From NCBI GenBank assembly GCA_002633005.1, contig NMRA01000328.1, positions 190,674 through 254,673 on the forward strand: a stretch of DNA of 64,000 bases, read 5' to 3'. A program made the position numbers and the translations under genes. This document shows positions 63,829 through 64,000 of the stretch, in pieces. This DNA is from Phoronis australis. Taxonomy: Eukaryota > Animalia > Phoronida. The notes under the pieces were generated by a model. It was not told the DNA's origin, did no database searches, and saw only the letters and a program-made list of their open reading frames with translations. The first letter of the stretch is position 1, and every line of letters begins with the position of its first letter.

Positions 63829-64000
63829 CTGAAACAAAATGCAAAATTAAACAACTTACACGTGGGTTAATGAATAACAAGACAAAGAAAAAGGAGAATA
63901 AAATATGGAAGAATGAATTAGTTTTGTTGTAAAGCAAAACAGCAGCATTGAAAAAGAAAATTCAAAAAAATGTTTGGAACTAAAATAAATTGTGAGCATT

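Overview
AT-rich eukaryotic (animal, probably marine invertebrate) genomic DNA with one 485-N gap and two single-N joins. The minus strand carries the 3' part of a two-pore channel 2 gene (TPCN2). I traced 12 coding exons by eye from 63828 to the stop at 36131, all with GT-AG sites and consistent phases. Its ~10-kb intron (40811-50907) holds the most interesting object: an apparently full-length, intact non-LTR retrotransposon (43085-47702, minus strand, 15-bp TSD) encoding APE endonuclease, RT and RNase H. The element starts at an HDV-like self-cleaving ribozyme fold. A hairpin- and pseudoknot-rich leader follows, then a 1264-codon frame with no AUG upstream of essential endonuclease motifs, which suggests non-AUG (IRES-like) translation. 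It ends in a hairpin plus (ACAGGTATT)n tail. It is inserted in a decayed THAP/Kolobok-like transposase gene and is co-oriented with TPCN2. The rest of the window is mostly non-autonomous DNA transposons (Kolobok-like, HIRAN-carrying TA-TSD elements, Helentron/HINE-like repeats with CTCF-like motifs, several MITEs), minisatellites and two probable assembly or haplotype duplications. All RNA structures and family assignments were made by eye and need computational confirmation.
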